Positions 1-12,373 of a stretch of DNA of 64,000 bases are shown in pieces. Every line of letters begins with the position of its first letter. The first letter of the stretch is position 1. The notes under the pieces were generated by a model. That model worked only from the letters and a program-made list of their open reading frames with translations. It was not told the origin of the DNA and did not search any database. The translations under genes and the position numbers were made by a program. This DNA comes from Azolla caroliniana (taxonomy: Eukaryota; Plantae; Polypodiophyta): NCBI GenBank assembly GCA_043228905.1, contig JBHGNT010000018.1:12276001-12340000 (forward strand). The letters run 5' to 3'.

Positions 1-4
1 GGAG

Positions 5-456
5 CGTTGAGCGGGCAAGCTCAACCGAATCCAGATCGGTTGAATAAGCCTGAGCTAGATCGGCATCCGGAAGGATGACCCATATCGGTTGGTACCCGAA
101 AACAACCGGCCGGATCAAGGAGCCGGATCGGAGAGCCAAATTCGAGCGGGAACTGAAAGCCTAGTAGTAGCCTAGACTACTAGGTAATCATTGTCTCGTA
201 GGTAGTGTTAGTCGCACATGTGAGCATCGAAGTACCTATCAGTACTTCTGTCAGTCCTTTACGGACTTGTATAAATAGTGTTGTTTAGCACGTTGTATGT
301 ACCGAGTTCTAGAGTTAATTTTTGAATATAGTTTTATGTTCTACTCTCTCTATCTCCTCTGTGTTTTTAAGCTTTTCCATTAAACCTTCATCTCATTTTC
401 TGTTGCTATCCGACTGAGCCGGTTCTGTCTGATGCTTCTGCATATTAACATTAACA
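5..456 (+). repeat. 3' LTR of Copia family B element (B0); body lies upstream of window
   Basis: Homologous along its length to the B2 3' LTR (21747-22143). Preceded by PPT tail GGAG; starts CGTTGAG (TG>CG) and ends TTAACA. Confidence 0.85.
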
Positions 457-835
457 CTAGTCCAACAACACTTCGTCCTTGCCAAACCGCAAACCCCTTT
501 CAGCCTTCTCCCTTTTCGCTTTATAGCCGTCGGGGAGGAGTTGTCACGTCCTATTTATATTGTGTTTATTCTCTGTCCCTTCGGGCAGAGATACACATTG
601 ATTTTGTAGCTAATAAATACATTCTACCTAGTATATTTACATCAGGCCGACCTATTCCTAGTTATGTACAAACTTGTCAATTTACGCGTCCATGTGTAAA
701 GGTCGGTTCACCCGCTTTATCCTCCAACTCCTCTTAAGGCCGATTTTCTTCATGACAACGGGGAAACTTAGTTGCAGCATGTTGGTTCACATACCCCACC
801 CCATGATTGTGCTTACATGCTCAATTATGCTTACA
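457..835 (-). repeat. Probable partial LTR of an unidentified family, inserted in C0 gag and cut by B0
   Basis: C0 gag frame breaks at 836 into a non-coding sequence that begins TGTAAG on the minus strand and carries a TATAAATA box. No second copy in the window. Confidence 0.45.
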
Positions 836-991
836 TGTTGGTTCTAATACCCCCGTGGGTATTTCTGCTCTATCGATTGGCTCGTATAGGTCTTTGACTA
901 TGAGAAGGTTTTCCATCTTTATCTTCCAGTCTGCATAGTTCTGAAAGTTTAGAACTATTATACCTGGGAAGCCGTTCCCACCTCCTTCCAT
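836..991 (-). pseudogene. gag: Copia (Tork-like) gag N-terminus of element C0
   Basis: Reads MEGGGNGFPGIIVLNFQNYADWKIKMENLLIVKDLYEPI, a typical Copia NY..W...M gag start, about 10 nt after a PBS (TGGTATCAGAAC, 1000-1011). Confidence 0.75.
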
Positions 992-1497
992 CTATTGTTG
1001 TTCTGATACCATTTTGATGGGATTTGATCCCTATGGTTTGTGTGAAAGACCGACTAGAAAATAACCCAAGGAATGCAGAAAATAGAAAACAAATACATGG
1101 TACACAGTTTTACGTGGAAACCTTATGAAATGTAACATGCGGAAGCTATACGAAATAGAGAATACCGACAGAGAAAACAAGGTTTAATGGAGAGCTTAAG
1201 TCACAATGTACACGGGAGAGACAGAGAGGGAATGAACACACAGAAAAAAACTAAATTCAAAATAATGTGTAAAACTTTGTACATAGGATGTGCTCAAGGA
1301 GAACTTTCATACAAGTCCATACAGATTGACAGAAGTACTGACACATACTTCAATACTCATAACCGAGGTCCTACACTAAGTCCTAAATATATTCCCTCAC
1401 GAAATATCTGTTCAACGGCCTCCCAGTTTCCGCACCGGTCCGGCCTCTTGTTGCACACCGGTTTACGCACCGATCTGGCCAATGTTGAGCTTGTATC

Positions 1498-4400
1498 TCA
1501 ACACTCCCCCTCAAGCTCAACTTGAGGCTCTTCTGGTCCTATGCTCCAGTATCTCTTAACTTTACACCTCGCTCGCGCTCCTCGACCCATTCAACTCTGC
1601 GTGCCTCGACCCTTACGGTCAGCTTGTCTGCTCATACGACCTTTTCTTGCTCCCTTCCTGTCAGGATGTTCGCGCCTCTTCTGCTTGGCCTTCAGTTAAT
1701 TTGGCGTCTCTGAATCAAACATCTGAGCCGAATCCGCTGCCTCCGATTCGTCTCCGCTTTTGTCCGAATTGGCTGTCTCCAATTCGTCCTCAATCTTGGC
1801 CTTCTCACCCTTGCTGGCTTCATCTCCCCCATGCTTGGCTGGCTCCAGCTCTTTCTTTCCGTTGCTGCCCTCTCGTCCACTCCCAGACTCTTTCGCAAAT
1901 CCACCTTCGGCTTCTTCAGTCGACACTAAACCAAATTCGTCATCCAATTTGGTGTCGCGGTCACTTTCGCTCATTTCCTACTCCTTTCCGTGGTCTTACG
2001 TGACTTTTCTCCCCCTCAAGTTCGGCACGTCGAGGTGCCGCAACCCAAGAAGCGCGCTGGAGAATTGCCGCAACTTGTCCAGACCAAGGGGCTTGGTGGA
2101 AATGTCGGCGTTCTGCCAATCCATTGAAACATACTAAAGTTCAACTTCACCAGAGAGGACACGCTCGCGAACAAAGTGGTAGTGCACCTCAATGTGCTTA
2201 GTCCGGGCGTGGAAGACAGGGTTCTTCGCAAGTTGGATGCTGCTGAGGTTGTCGTAGTAGATCTTCATTGGACCAGACACCTCCACCTGCAGATCCTTAA
2301 GTAGTTGCTTCAGCCATATGGCTTCGCATGTGGCGACAACCACTCCTCGATACTCGACCTCTGTGCTCGACAATGCAACTAACGGCTGCTTCTTGCTACT
2401 CGACGCGATCGTGGACCTCCCAAGAGATAATGTGAATCCAGATGTGGATCGGCGATCGTCGGGGTTTCCGTCCCAATCAGCATTTATATAGCCAACTAGC
2501 TACGCGACAGTACCGGTTGGATATAGTAGCCCCCGATCCTTAGTGCCACTGACGTACCTAAGTACACGTTGCGCGCACCGAAGGTGCTCCTCCGTTGACC
2601 ACACCATGAACTGACTAATCAAGCTGATTGGGTAACTGAGGTCCGGCCAGATGATAGTCAAGTATATGAAGCTTCCGACAATCAGTCGGAACCTTTTCGG
2701 GTCACAGACCTTTCCGAAGTCGGGGCGAAACTTCACGGTTCTGTTCAGAGGAGTTGAGATGGACTTACAGTCTGTCATCCCGAACTTGAAGAGCATACTC
2801 AGCACGTAATGTCGTTGGCTGATGAGTATGCCTTCGGGGGTTCATATCACTTCGATCCCGAGAAAGTAATGAAGGTCCCCCAGATCCTTCATATCAAATG
2901 ATGTCGCAAGCTACGCGGACAATTTCATCTAGGTCGACGTTGGCGATGACCAAGTCATCAACATAAAGTAAAATACTAACCAGCCCAAGTCGACCTTGCC
3001 AGACGAATAATGAAGAATCCGATTTGGATGTCGTAAATCCCATCTGAAGCAATCGCTACGTGATCTTCGCGTTCCAGGCATGCGGGGCTTACTTTAGTCC
3101 GTAAAGGGACTTCTTCAGCCGACATACCGCTGAAGGGTTCATTCCGGAGTGAAATCCGGGGGGTTGTGCCATGTACACTTGTTCCTCAAGCTCGACTTGC
3201 AGGAACGCATTCTTTACATCCATTTGATTTAAGTGCCACCCCTTCGCCATAGTTACCGCAAGCACAACACGGACGATCGTCATCTTCGCAACCGGCGCAA
3301 ACATCTCATAGTAATCGATGCTACTAACCGGGGCTTGTATCGGTTGACCGAGCCGTTGGTGTTGTTCTTGATCTTGTACACCCACATGCATCCAATCGCA
3401 AGTGTGTTCATCTCTTTCTCCATGGCGGCACGCCAATTCGCATCCTTTGCTACTTCTTCGTAGCTCTCCGGCTCACGCACTTCCGCTACACGTGTCATGT
3501 ACGCATAGTGATGCGCCATGTACTCGTTGTATCCAAACCGCACAACAGGGTTCTTCTGGCGGGTAGATCGGCATAAATGCTCATTAGCCGATGTTGATGC
3601 CATTCTTGCCGACGTGGGCTTCGTTCTTGAAGGCCAGTCATTGCTTTTCTTGGAGTTGTATTCGCGTCAATCCGACTCGTCCCTATCCGTGCCGTACTCC
3701 AGGATCTTCTTCTTTCCCTTTTCTTTGCATATAAGCTGTCTCTTCAGCTCCCTGTGTGGGGAATGCATGGACAAGCCTCCACTACTCACTGCCTTTTCAT
3801 CTGACTGGTCAAACCAACTCAGTCGCTCATTCGGTCCACTTAGCCGAAATGAGATTGGACTCTCTTCAAGAGTTCCGACTTCACGTTCATCAGGAGGCAT
3901 CTCAGCCTCACTGACCTCATCTTCAAAACTTGGATTAGAGTTGACATCCGGAGTTGGAGGCAAATACCAAGATGCGGACTCATCGAACACAACATCATGA
4001 ATTACGCGAGCTTGTTTGGTTCGGGGGTTATAACACTTATAACCCTTCTATTCGTCCGAGTAGCCGACCAAGATACACTTCTCGGCTTTCGCATCCAGCT
4101 TCCTCCACTTCTCCTTCGGCACATGCACATACGTGATGCTACCAAAAACCCTCAAGTTTCGTAGATTAAGCTTCCGAAATACAACTCATGTGCTGACACT
4201 TTTTCTCCGATCTGATTTTGGATGTAGATCGCGGTTCGGACCGCTTTAGCGCAATAGAACTTGGGCATGCTCTTTTCTTCCAGCATTGCCCGCGTTGCTT
4301 CCACAACCGACCGATTCTTCCTTTCGGCTACATCGTTTTGCTCCAATGTATACCTGCAACTCAATTCGCGCTGAATTCCCATTTGTTGCAGATAACTATT

Positions 4401-6068
4401 GAATTGGCAAGGAAAGTACTATTTTCCACCATCCGACCACAGGCACTTGATCTTCCTCCCTGTTTCCCTTTCGGCAAGATTTTTTATCTTCCGGAAACAG
4501 TCGAAGACTTCACTCTTCTTTTTGATGAGGTAGATCCATGTGTGCCGGGTGTAGTCGTAGATGAAGGAGACGAAATATCGACTCCCACCCAGACTCACGT
4601 TCTGTGCCAATCCCCATAGATCTGAATGTATCAAGTCAAGCAAGCTTATTTCGGCTCCGATTACGCTCGTTTGGGAAAGGAAGTCGGTGTTTCTTCCCGA
4701 GCTCGTAGGCTTCACAAATTCGGGCCCTTCGACCACTGAATTTTGGCAATCCGAACACAACTTGTTTCGATTGTAGGTCCTGATTCAGCCTTTGGTAGTT
4801 GACGTGGCCTATCCGCTTATGCCACAAGTCGATATCCGACTCAACTTTTTTTCCTTTTGTGAACATGGCGGATCCTACATCATTGGTGTCAAGGATGAAC
4901 ATCCTTCCATCTCTGCGCCCTTGCGCAATTACTTGATGGCTGAACCAGACTTGCATCCCCTGTTCGATGATCTGTCCGACCGACACCAGATTCTTCGTAA
5001 TTGTCGGGACGTGTAGCATGTTCATTAGCTTCCCTTTTTGCCCTGACGTGTCGTCTCCTGTTGCGACTACTCCTGGTTGTTCCGGTTTTTCCAGATATGA
5101 GAACCACTCTTTATGGTTCATCATATGGTTTGACGCTCCGGAGTCAATGTACCACACTTCGTCCAATTTCGGAGTGGTTTTCTTCATCTAGTTCGCTTCA
5201 TTTCTTGTCTCGAAGGTGGCCCCCTTTCCGACTTTTTCGGATCCTTCGGCGTAGTGCGTCCGTTGCCGATTTCCTTGTTCGGTTGGTGTCAAGGATGAAC
5301 ATCCTTCCATCTCTGCGCCCTTGCGCAATTACTTGATGGCTGAACCAAACTTGCATCCCCTGTTCGACGATCTGTCCGACCGACACCAGATTCTTCGTAA
5401 TTGTCGGGACGTGTAGCATGTTCATTAGCTTCCCTTTTTGCCCTGACGTGTCGTCTCCTGTTGCGACTACTCCTGGTTGTTCCGGTTTTTCCAGATATGA
5501 GAACCACTCTTTATGGTTCATCATATGGTTTGACGCTCCGGAGTCAATGTACCACACTTCGTCCAATTTCGGAGTGGTTTTCTTCATCTAGTTCGCTTCA
5601 TGTCTTGTCTCGAAGGTGGCCCCCTTTCCGACTTTTTCGGATCCTTCGGCGTAGTGCGTCCGTTGCCGATTTCCTTGTTCGGTTGGTCCAAATTCGGATT
5701 CGGTTTTCTCCGAATCCGCGCACTTCTTCTAGCACTCACTCTCCTTGTGGCCTTCCATGCCACAATACCAACATTCTGCGGCGTGTTTCCCTTGCCAGTT
5801 CTCGTCGCCTCCTCGACTCCCCCTACTTCCGGAGGGTTCGAAATGGTTATTGGCATCACCACAATGCCTTCTTCCTTGCTCCCATCGGCCGCCTCCATTG
5901 CATGCCGACTCACCTCGTCCGCCATGACCACGGGGCCTATCTCCCTCCAATTACAACATGTTGATGTCGGTGTGCGTACTCCTCGATGCACCCGCGTGAT
6001 TCTCCTCTACAAGGAGCATCGACTTCATGTCGAAAAACAACGGCATATTCTCCCTTGTACAAATAGCA
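1498..6068 (-). pseudogene. pol: B1 gag(C-term)-pol with stops, frameshifts and a 400 bp duplication
   Basis: Zn knuckle CWYCGMEGHKESEC, protease WYIDSGASNHM, GAG-pre-integrase [52 protein letters not shown]. Confidence 0.92.
4883..5687. repeat. 400 bp tandem duplication covering the B1 protease domain
   Basis: Duplicate ORFs offset by exactly 400 nt; TTGGT microhomology at 4883, 5283 and 5683. Confidence 0.93.
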
Positions 6069-6550
6069 GTTCGTGACAGGAACCCGACGCTCCTTATGCG
6101 CGACGCTCGGCCACAACCGAGCGTAGAATGATACACAGAAAATGGGAAATAAAACACGACACAAAGGAGAGGAAGATACACACACACTACACAGGAGGTT
6201 TACGTGGAAAACCCCAAACTAGGGGAAAAACCACGGCAGCCCACAGGCTGCAAACTGTCACTATGTATGAATGTACAAATCAGTGAGTTCTCGGAGTCAA
6301 CGACCTCGGACTCACGATCTTCACCACAGGCGGCCGTTACAATAGAGGCAGCGACCTCTTTCTCTCTCTCTCTCTGTACAACGTTACGTACTGTCTCTGC
6401 TTCTTGCACCAACAAGAAAAATGACAACCACAACTAAAAGTTTGCCCTAAGTTATATTTATACTAATATGGCTTTTCGGCTATTTACAAATATAGCCTCG
6501 ATGGGCTCTCAGAAACATATTTACGAATATGTCTCTTCCTCTGGTTCTCA

Positions 6551-6885
6551 CCGGGTCTGCGTCATCCGGCTCTCCGTAGGCGGGTACTCCTCATCCGGTT
6601 CATACCGGGCCTGTATCATCCGGTTCTCCGTAGCCGGGTACTCCTCATCCGGTTCATACCGGGTCTGCACCATCCGGTTCTCCGTAACCAGGTACTCCTC
6701 ATCCGGTTCATACCGGGCCTGTATCATCTGGCTCTCCGTAGCCGAGTACTCCTCATCCGGTTCATACCGGGTCTGCACCATCCGGTTCTCCGTAACCGGG
6801 TATTCCTCATCCGGTTCTCCGTAACCGGGTACTCCTCATCCGATTCTCACCGGGCCTGTATCATCCGGCTCTCCGTAGTCGGGTC
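6551..6885. repeat. 54 bp tandem repeat array (~6 copies) in T1 3' LTR U3
   Basis: Unit CCGGGCCTGTATCATCCGGTTCTCCGTAGCCGGGTACTCCTCATCCGGTTCATA; gives the 18-aa periodic spurious ORFs. Confidence 0.92.
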
Positions 6886-6971
6886 CACCTCATACGGATT
6901 CGGCTTTGTTTGTCGGCACTGTTCTTCTCCCTTCCCATCCGGAGGGACCTGTCTCCCAACAAACTCCCCCT

Positions 6972-9900
6972 TCACTCCGGCATGGGTCCGATCCGCTTCT
7001 GGCATGCGTCCATTTTGTCGGGTGTCAGCACTTTGGTCAGCATATCTGACCCGTTCTCGGTCGTGTGGATCTTCGTCAGTGCGAACTCCTGGTCATCTAC
7101 TCTTTCCCGGATCCAGTGATAGCTCCGCTGGATATGCTTCGTCCGGGAATGGTAGGCCGCATTCTTAGCAAGGTGGATGGCACTTTGACTGTCGCAATAG
7201 AGTCGGTATTCCTCTTGCCGGATACCGAGCTCTCCAATGAAGTCCTTCATCCATAAAATTTCCTTGCCGGCTTCCACAGCCACCATGTACTCCGCCTCTG
7301 TGGTTGACAATGCAACCGTCTTCTGCAGCCTCGACTGCCACGAAACAACTCCCCCTGCATATGTCATCACATACCCGGATGTAGACCGGTTGGTATCCAC
7401 ATCAGCTGACATGTCCGAATCGGTGAAACCATCCAGTTGAGGTTTTTTGGAGCCGAATCGGAGACACATATTTGAAGTGCCCTTCAAATACCGGAGTATC
7501 CACTTGATCACGTTCCAGTGCTCCTTGCCGGGATTGCTCATAAACCGGCTCACCACCCCGACTGCGTATCCTATATCCGGTCAGGTACACACCATTGCGT
7601 ACATCAAGCTCCCGACGGCAGAGGCATATGGAATCTTCATCATATCTGCCTTCTCTCCTTTCGTCTTCAGGCTTTGCTTGCGGGATAGCCTGCAGTTTGC
7701 CGGAAGTGTCGATCCGACCGGTTTCGCTTCTAACATGTTGAACCGGTGAAGCACCTTTGTCACATACTTCTCCTATGACAGCCATAGTTGCTTCTTTAAC
7801 CGGTCCCGAAAGATGTGCATCCCTAGCATCTGTCTGGCCGGACCCAAGTCTTTCATTGAGAAGGTCTGGTTGAGGGCCATCTTCAGCATCAGTATTTTGA
7901 CTTGGTCTCGTCCGACGATCAACATGTCATCCACGTACAGGAGGAGTATCAGGAAGTCCCCTCCTTCAAACTTCTTCACAAACACGCAATGATCGGCCTG
8001 CGTCTTGTGGTACCCTTAATCGGTCATGAAGGAGTTGAACTTCCGGTACCACTGTCGGGGTGCCTGCTTTAGTCCGTACAGGCTCTTCTTCAACCGACAT
8101 ACCAGGTGCTCCTTCCCTTTCTCCACGAATCCTTCCGGTTGCTACATGTAGATCTCCTCTTCGAGGTCGCCGTGAAGGAATGTCGTCTTCACGTCCAGCT
8201 GCTCTACCTCGAGGTCCATGCTTGCTGCTATACTCAACACCGTCTGGATGGAGGTCATCTTTACTACCGGGGCAAAGATCTCGTCGAAGTCCACGCCCTT
8301 CTTCTGCTGGAACCCCTTCACCACGATCCTGGCTTTGTATCTCGGGGGGTTGCCGGCATCTCCCGGTTTCAACTTGTACACCCACTTGTTTCGGAGTGCC
8401 CGCTTTCCTTTCGGCAACTCCACCAATTCGTATGTATGGTTCTCATGCAGGGAATCCATCTCGTCCTGCATGGCACTTAACCATTTTTGGTTGTGGGTGT
8501 CTTCCTTCACTTCTTCGAAGCTTTCCGGCTCCCCCTCATCGGTCAGCAGAACATGCTCTGCATCCGGAAATCTCCGGGGGGCCCTTCTCTCTCTGAGAGG
8601 ATATCTACGTCTTCGGGCTTCGGTAACCGGCTCCTCCATTTGCTCTTCATCCGAATCCGATTCGGGGTCTTGGCCGGTTCCGGTCTCAGCTTCCTCTACC
8701 TCTTCTTCTGCCGGTTCGGTATCCTCACCATAACCGGCTAGTTCCTCGAGTGCTAACCGATCTCTTTCCAGTTGGGTCTGCTCATTGTAGAGTCTATCCT
8801 TACCGGTAGACTCGGACTTCATTATCTTCTTCTCCGACTCCCAGTCGGCGAGCGTCTTGTCCTCCATGAAGATAATATCTCGACTCCGGAATACCTTCTT
8901 GACGACCGGGTCCCACACTCGGTAGCTGAACTCATCGTCGCCGTAACCGAGGAATATGCATGGCCGGGTCTTTGGATCTAGCTTTCCTCTCCGGTCCTTA
9001 GCTACATGCACGTACGCTAGACACCCGAACACCTTCAGATGCCGGTAGGATACTTCCTTACCGGTCCACACTCTCTGTGGCGTGTCTCCGTCCAAGGGTA
9101 CTGAGGGTGATCTATTTATCACGTATGTCGCCGTCGACAGTGCCTTAGCCCAAAACTTCTTGGGTAGTTTTGCATGCGCTACCATACTCCGGACCCTCTC
9201 CATTATGGTCCGGTTCATCCTCTGAGCCAGTCCGTTTAGTTCCGGCGTCTTCGGCACGGTAAATTCGAGCCGGATTCCCTTCGAGCGGCAGTACTCCTCG
9301 AACTGCCCCCGGTACTCTCCTCCGTTATCTGCTTGAACCGTCTTCAGCTTCTGGCCGGTTTCTCTTTCCACTCTCACGTGGAGCTCTTTGAAGACGGATA
9401 ACACCTGATCCTTTGTCTTCAACGGTGTGGCCCACAGCTTCCGGCTGTGGTCATCTATGAATGTCACGAAGTACTGCGCTCCGGCATGTGACTTCGTGTC
9501 TACTTGACACACATCCGTATGCACCAACTCCAGTGGTGCATTACGTCTCATCGGTGGCCTTGATCGAAAGGAGGTCCGGTTCTGCTTGCCGGCCAGACAA
9601 TCAGTGCACTTCTCTAAGTGCACGTTCTTCACTGGAATGAGGTTGTCGTCTGCAAGCCTCTTCATCCCCTTCTCACTCATGTGACACAGCCTCTTGTGCC
9701 ACAGCTCACCGGCAGTGTCTGATGCCACATTCACTTCTTCCGGACATAACCGGGCATTCATCAGGTACAATGTGTTTACCTTCTAGGCCTGAGCCACAAT
9801 CAGGATCCCTTTGCTGAACTTCATGACACCGTTCCGGATGCTACCCGTGTAGCCTTCATCATCTAGCTGACCGGCTGATATCAGGTTCAGACGAACCTCC

Positions 9901-11006
9901 GGAATGTGTTGGACATCCTTTAGCAGCAACTTGCATCCGGTTGGTGTTAACAGCCACACGTCTCCTATGCCGACAATTCGGCATGTACCTTCGTTCCCCA
10001 TCTGGACACAGCCGTGGTCACCGGCTGAGTACGATGCGAAGCATTTCTGGTCCGGGGTAAGGTGGAACGACGCTCCGGAGTCTACCACCCAAGTCATCTC
10101 GTCGCCGACAAGGTTTATCTCACTCTCCTCAGTGATGAGCATCAACTCTTCTTCACTTGCCGTGATTGCCGTCATTCCCTTCCGGTCCGGCCCCCTCCGG
10201 TCTTTACCGTTACGGTCCGGGGTTTGCTTCGAATCGGTACCGTCGGTTTCCTTGTCTTTACGGAAATGCCGATAGTTCTTTTGGAAGTGTCCCAGCTTCC
10301 CGCAATAGAAGCAAGTAGGCCTCCCCCTTGACTTTGACCGTGTCCCCGACTTCTCCCGGTTCTGGGGACTACGGTTTCTATGTCTTCCGCGTTCCGATTC
10401 GGTAAGAAGCGCTTTGGAGTCGGAGCTCGTATCTTTGTCTTTCCGACGCGCCTCCTCATCTAGCAAGCTCGGCTTTACTCTTGCTAGGGATAACCATTTT
10501 CCTTCCGGTCCGGCGTTGCCCAAAGTGACAACCAACGTCTGCCAGCTATCCGGGAGGGAATCGAGCAGGAGTAGCGCTAGTACCTTATCGGCAAGAGGTA
10601 CTTCCAATGATGTTGCCTGGTGTATCAGCCCCTGGAAGGCATTCATACGCTCCGCCATGCTGGAGCCATCTTGGTACCGGAGTCTCACTAGCTTCCGGAA
10701 TACTGAAACCTGACTAATAGCATTTTTGTTTTGAAACATTATGCCGATCTTCTCCCAGAGCTCATGAGCCTTTCTCTCTTCATTGAAGTTGTTGTACAAG
10801 CTCATGTCGATGAAGCACCGTATGTACGCCGTTGTCTTCATGTGCATCACCTCCCATATCGCGGCGTCAATTTTGTCCGGTCTCTTGTCCCCGAACTGAA
10901 CCGGTAGCCAGAGGTCTTTAACAACGAGCATGTCCCTCATCTTCGACTTCCATACTGAATAGTTGGAGCCGGTGAGCTTGAACATGCCGCCAAATGATTC
11001 GTCCAT
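6972..11006 (-). pseudogene. pol: T1 gag-pol, single frame with five in-frame nonsense codons
   Basis: MDESFGGMFKL start; WVVDSGASFH, LWHKRLCHMSEKGM, ADNGGEY, YVDDML, YCDSQSAIHLAKN. Stops at 9783, 8142, 8016, 7773 and 7581, all in one frame. Confidence 0.94.
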
Positions 11007-11518
11007 TTTCTGTGTCGATTTTGCTCTGATACCACTTGACAGGAACCCGACGTTCCTTATGCGCAATGCTCGGCCACAACCGAGCGTAGAATGATACACA
11101 GAAAATGGGAAATAAAACACGACACAAAGGAGAGGAAGATACACAACACACTACACAGGAGGTGTACGTGGAAAACCCCAAACTAGGGGAAAAACCACGG
11201 CAGCCCACAGGCTGCAAACTGTCACTATGTATGAATGTACAAAACAGTGAGTTCTCGGAGGCAACAACCTCGGACTCACGATCTTCACCACAGGCGGCCG
11301 TTACAACAGAGGCAACGACCTCTTTCTCTCTCTCTCTCTCTCTGTACAACGTTACGTATTGTCTCTGCTTCTTGCACCAACAAGAAAAATGACAACCACA
11401 ACTAAAAGTTTGCCCTAAGTCATATTTATACTAATATGACTTTTCGGCTATTTACAAATATAGCCTCGATGGGCTCTCAGAAACATATTTACGAATATGT
11501 CTCTTTCTCCGGTTCTCA

Positions 11519-11820
11519 CCGGGTTTGCGTCATCCGGCTCTCCGTAGCCGGGTACTCCTCATCTGGTTCATACCGGGCCTGTATCATCCGGCTCTCCGTA
11601 GCCGGGTACTCCTCATCCGGTTCATACTAGGTCTGCACCATCCGGTTCTCCGTAACCGGCTACTCCTCATCCGGTTCATACCGGGCCTGTATCATCCGGC
11701 TCTCCATAGCCGGGTACTCCTCATCCGGTTCATACCGGGTCTGCACCATCCGGTTCTCCCTAACCGGGTACTCCTCATCTGGTTCTCACCGGGCCTGTAT
11801 CATCCGGCTCTCCGTAGCCG
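11519..11820. repeat. 54 bp tandem repeat array (~5.5 copies) in T1 5' LTR U3
   Basis: Same unit as 6551-6885. Confidence 0.92.
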
Positions 11821-11879
11821 AGTTTGTTTGTCGGCACTGTTCTTCTCCCTTCCCATCCGGAGGGACCTATCTCCCAACA

Positions 11880-12373
11880 GTTCGGAATGCTCCGAACTTC
11901 GACGCCAATCCCCCGAGGCAGATCTGCACCATTTCGCCCTCCTGAACGTTCACATCGATGGAGGTGAGGGAATTGCAGATATCCTTTATCTTGGAGGTGT
12001 AGTCAGCCACCGCCATGTCGCGTTGATGCACATTGCTCAACTCCTATCAGAGTTGGAGCTTCCTGACTGTGGTGCTTGCGGCAAAAATCTTTTTCAGATT
12101 TCCCCAAGAATCCTTCGGCGTTCTTGCATCCCGAATGTAGGTCAAGCGTTGTTTGCTCACATAGGATACAAAGTAGTAGAGAACTCTGGTCGCCGACTAT
12201 TCCCAGGCCGGGAAGTCTCTTTGTGTCGATTTGGGTGCTACGTCATTCGCTCCATCGTCATAGCTCTAGTATCCATGTCCAAGCAGGTACTGGTGCATCT
12301 TGTACGACCAAGATGCATAGTTACTTCTGTTGAGCTTCCTAGTTGAAAGCGAACTAGCCATACCTCTATCCAT
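11880..12373 (-). pseudogene. gag: B1 gag N-terminal part
   Basis: MDRGMASSLSTRKLNRSNYASWSYKMHQYLLGHGY, nearly identical to the B5 gag start at 50866. Confidence 0.88.

Larger units (their letters stand above)
6074..11879 (-). mobile_element. Copia LTR retrotransposon T1 (Tork/Tnt1-like), full length
   Basis: LTRs 6074-6961 and 11037-11879 (TG..CA); perfect TSD GTTCG; PBS TGGTATCAGAGC 11023-11034 (tRNA-iMet); PPT GAAGGGGGAG next to 6961. Confidence 0.96.

Noticed and set aside
6468-6824. Repetitive ORFs in T1 LTRs (also 11525-12346) and CRISPR-like periodicity
   Set aside because: These are translations of the 54 bp tandem repeat; there are no unique spacers and no cas genes.
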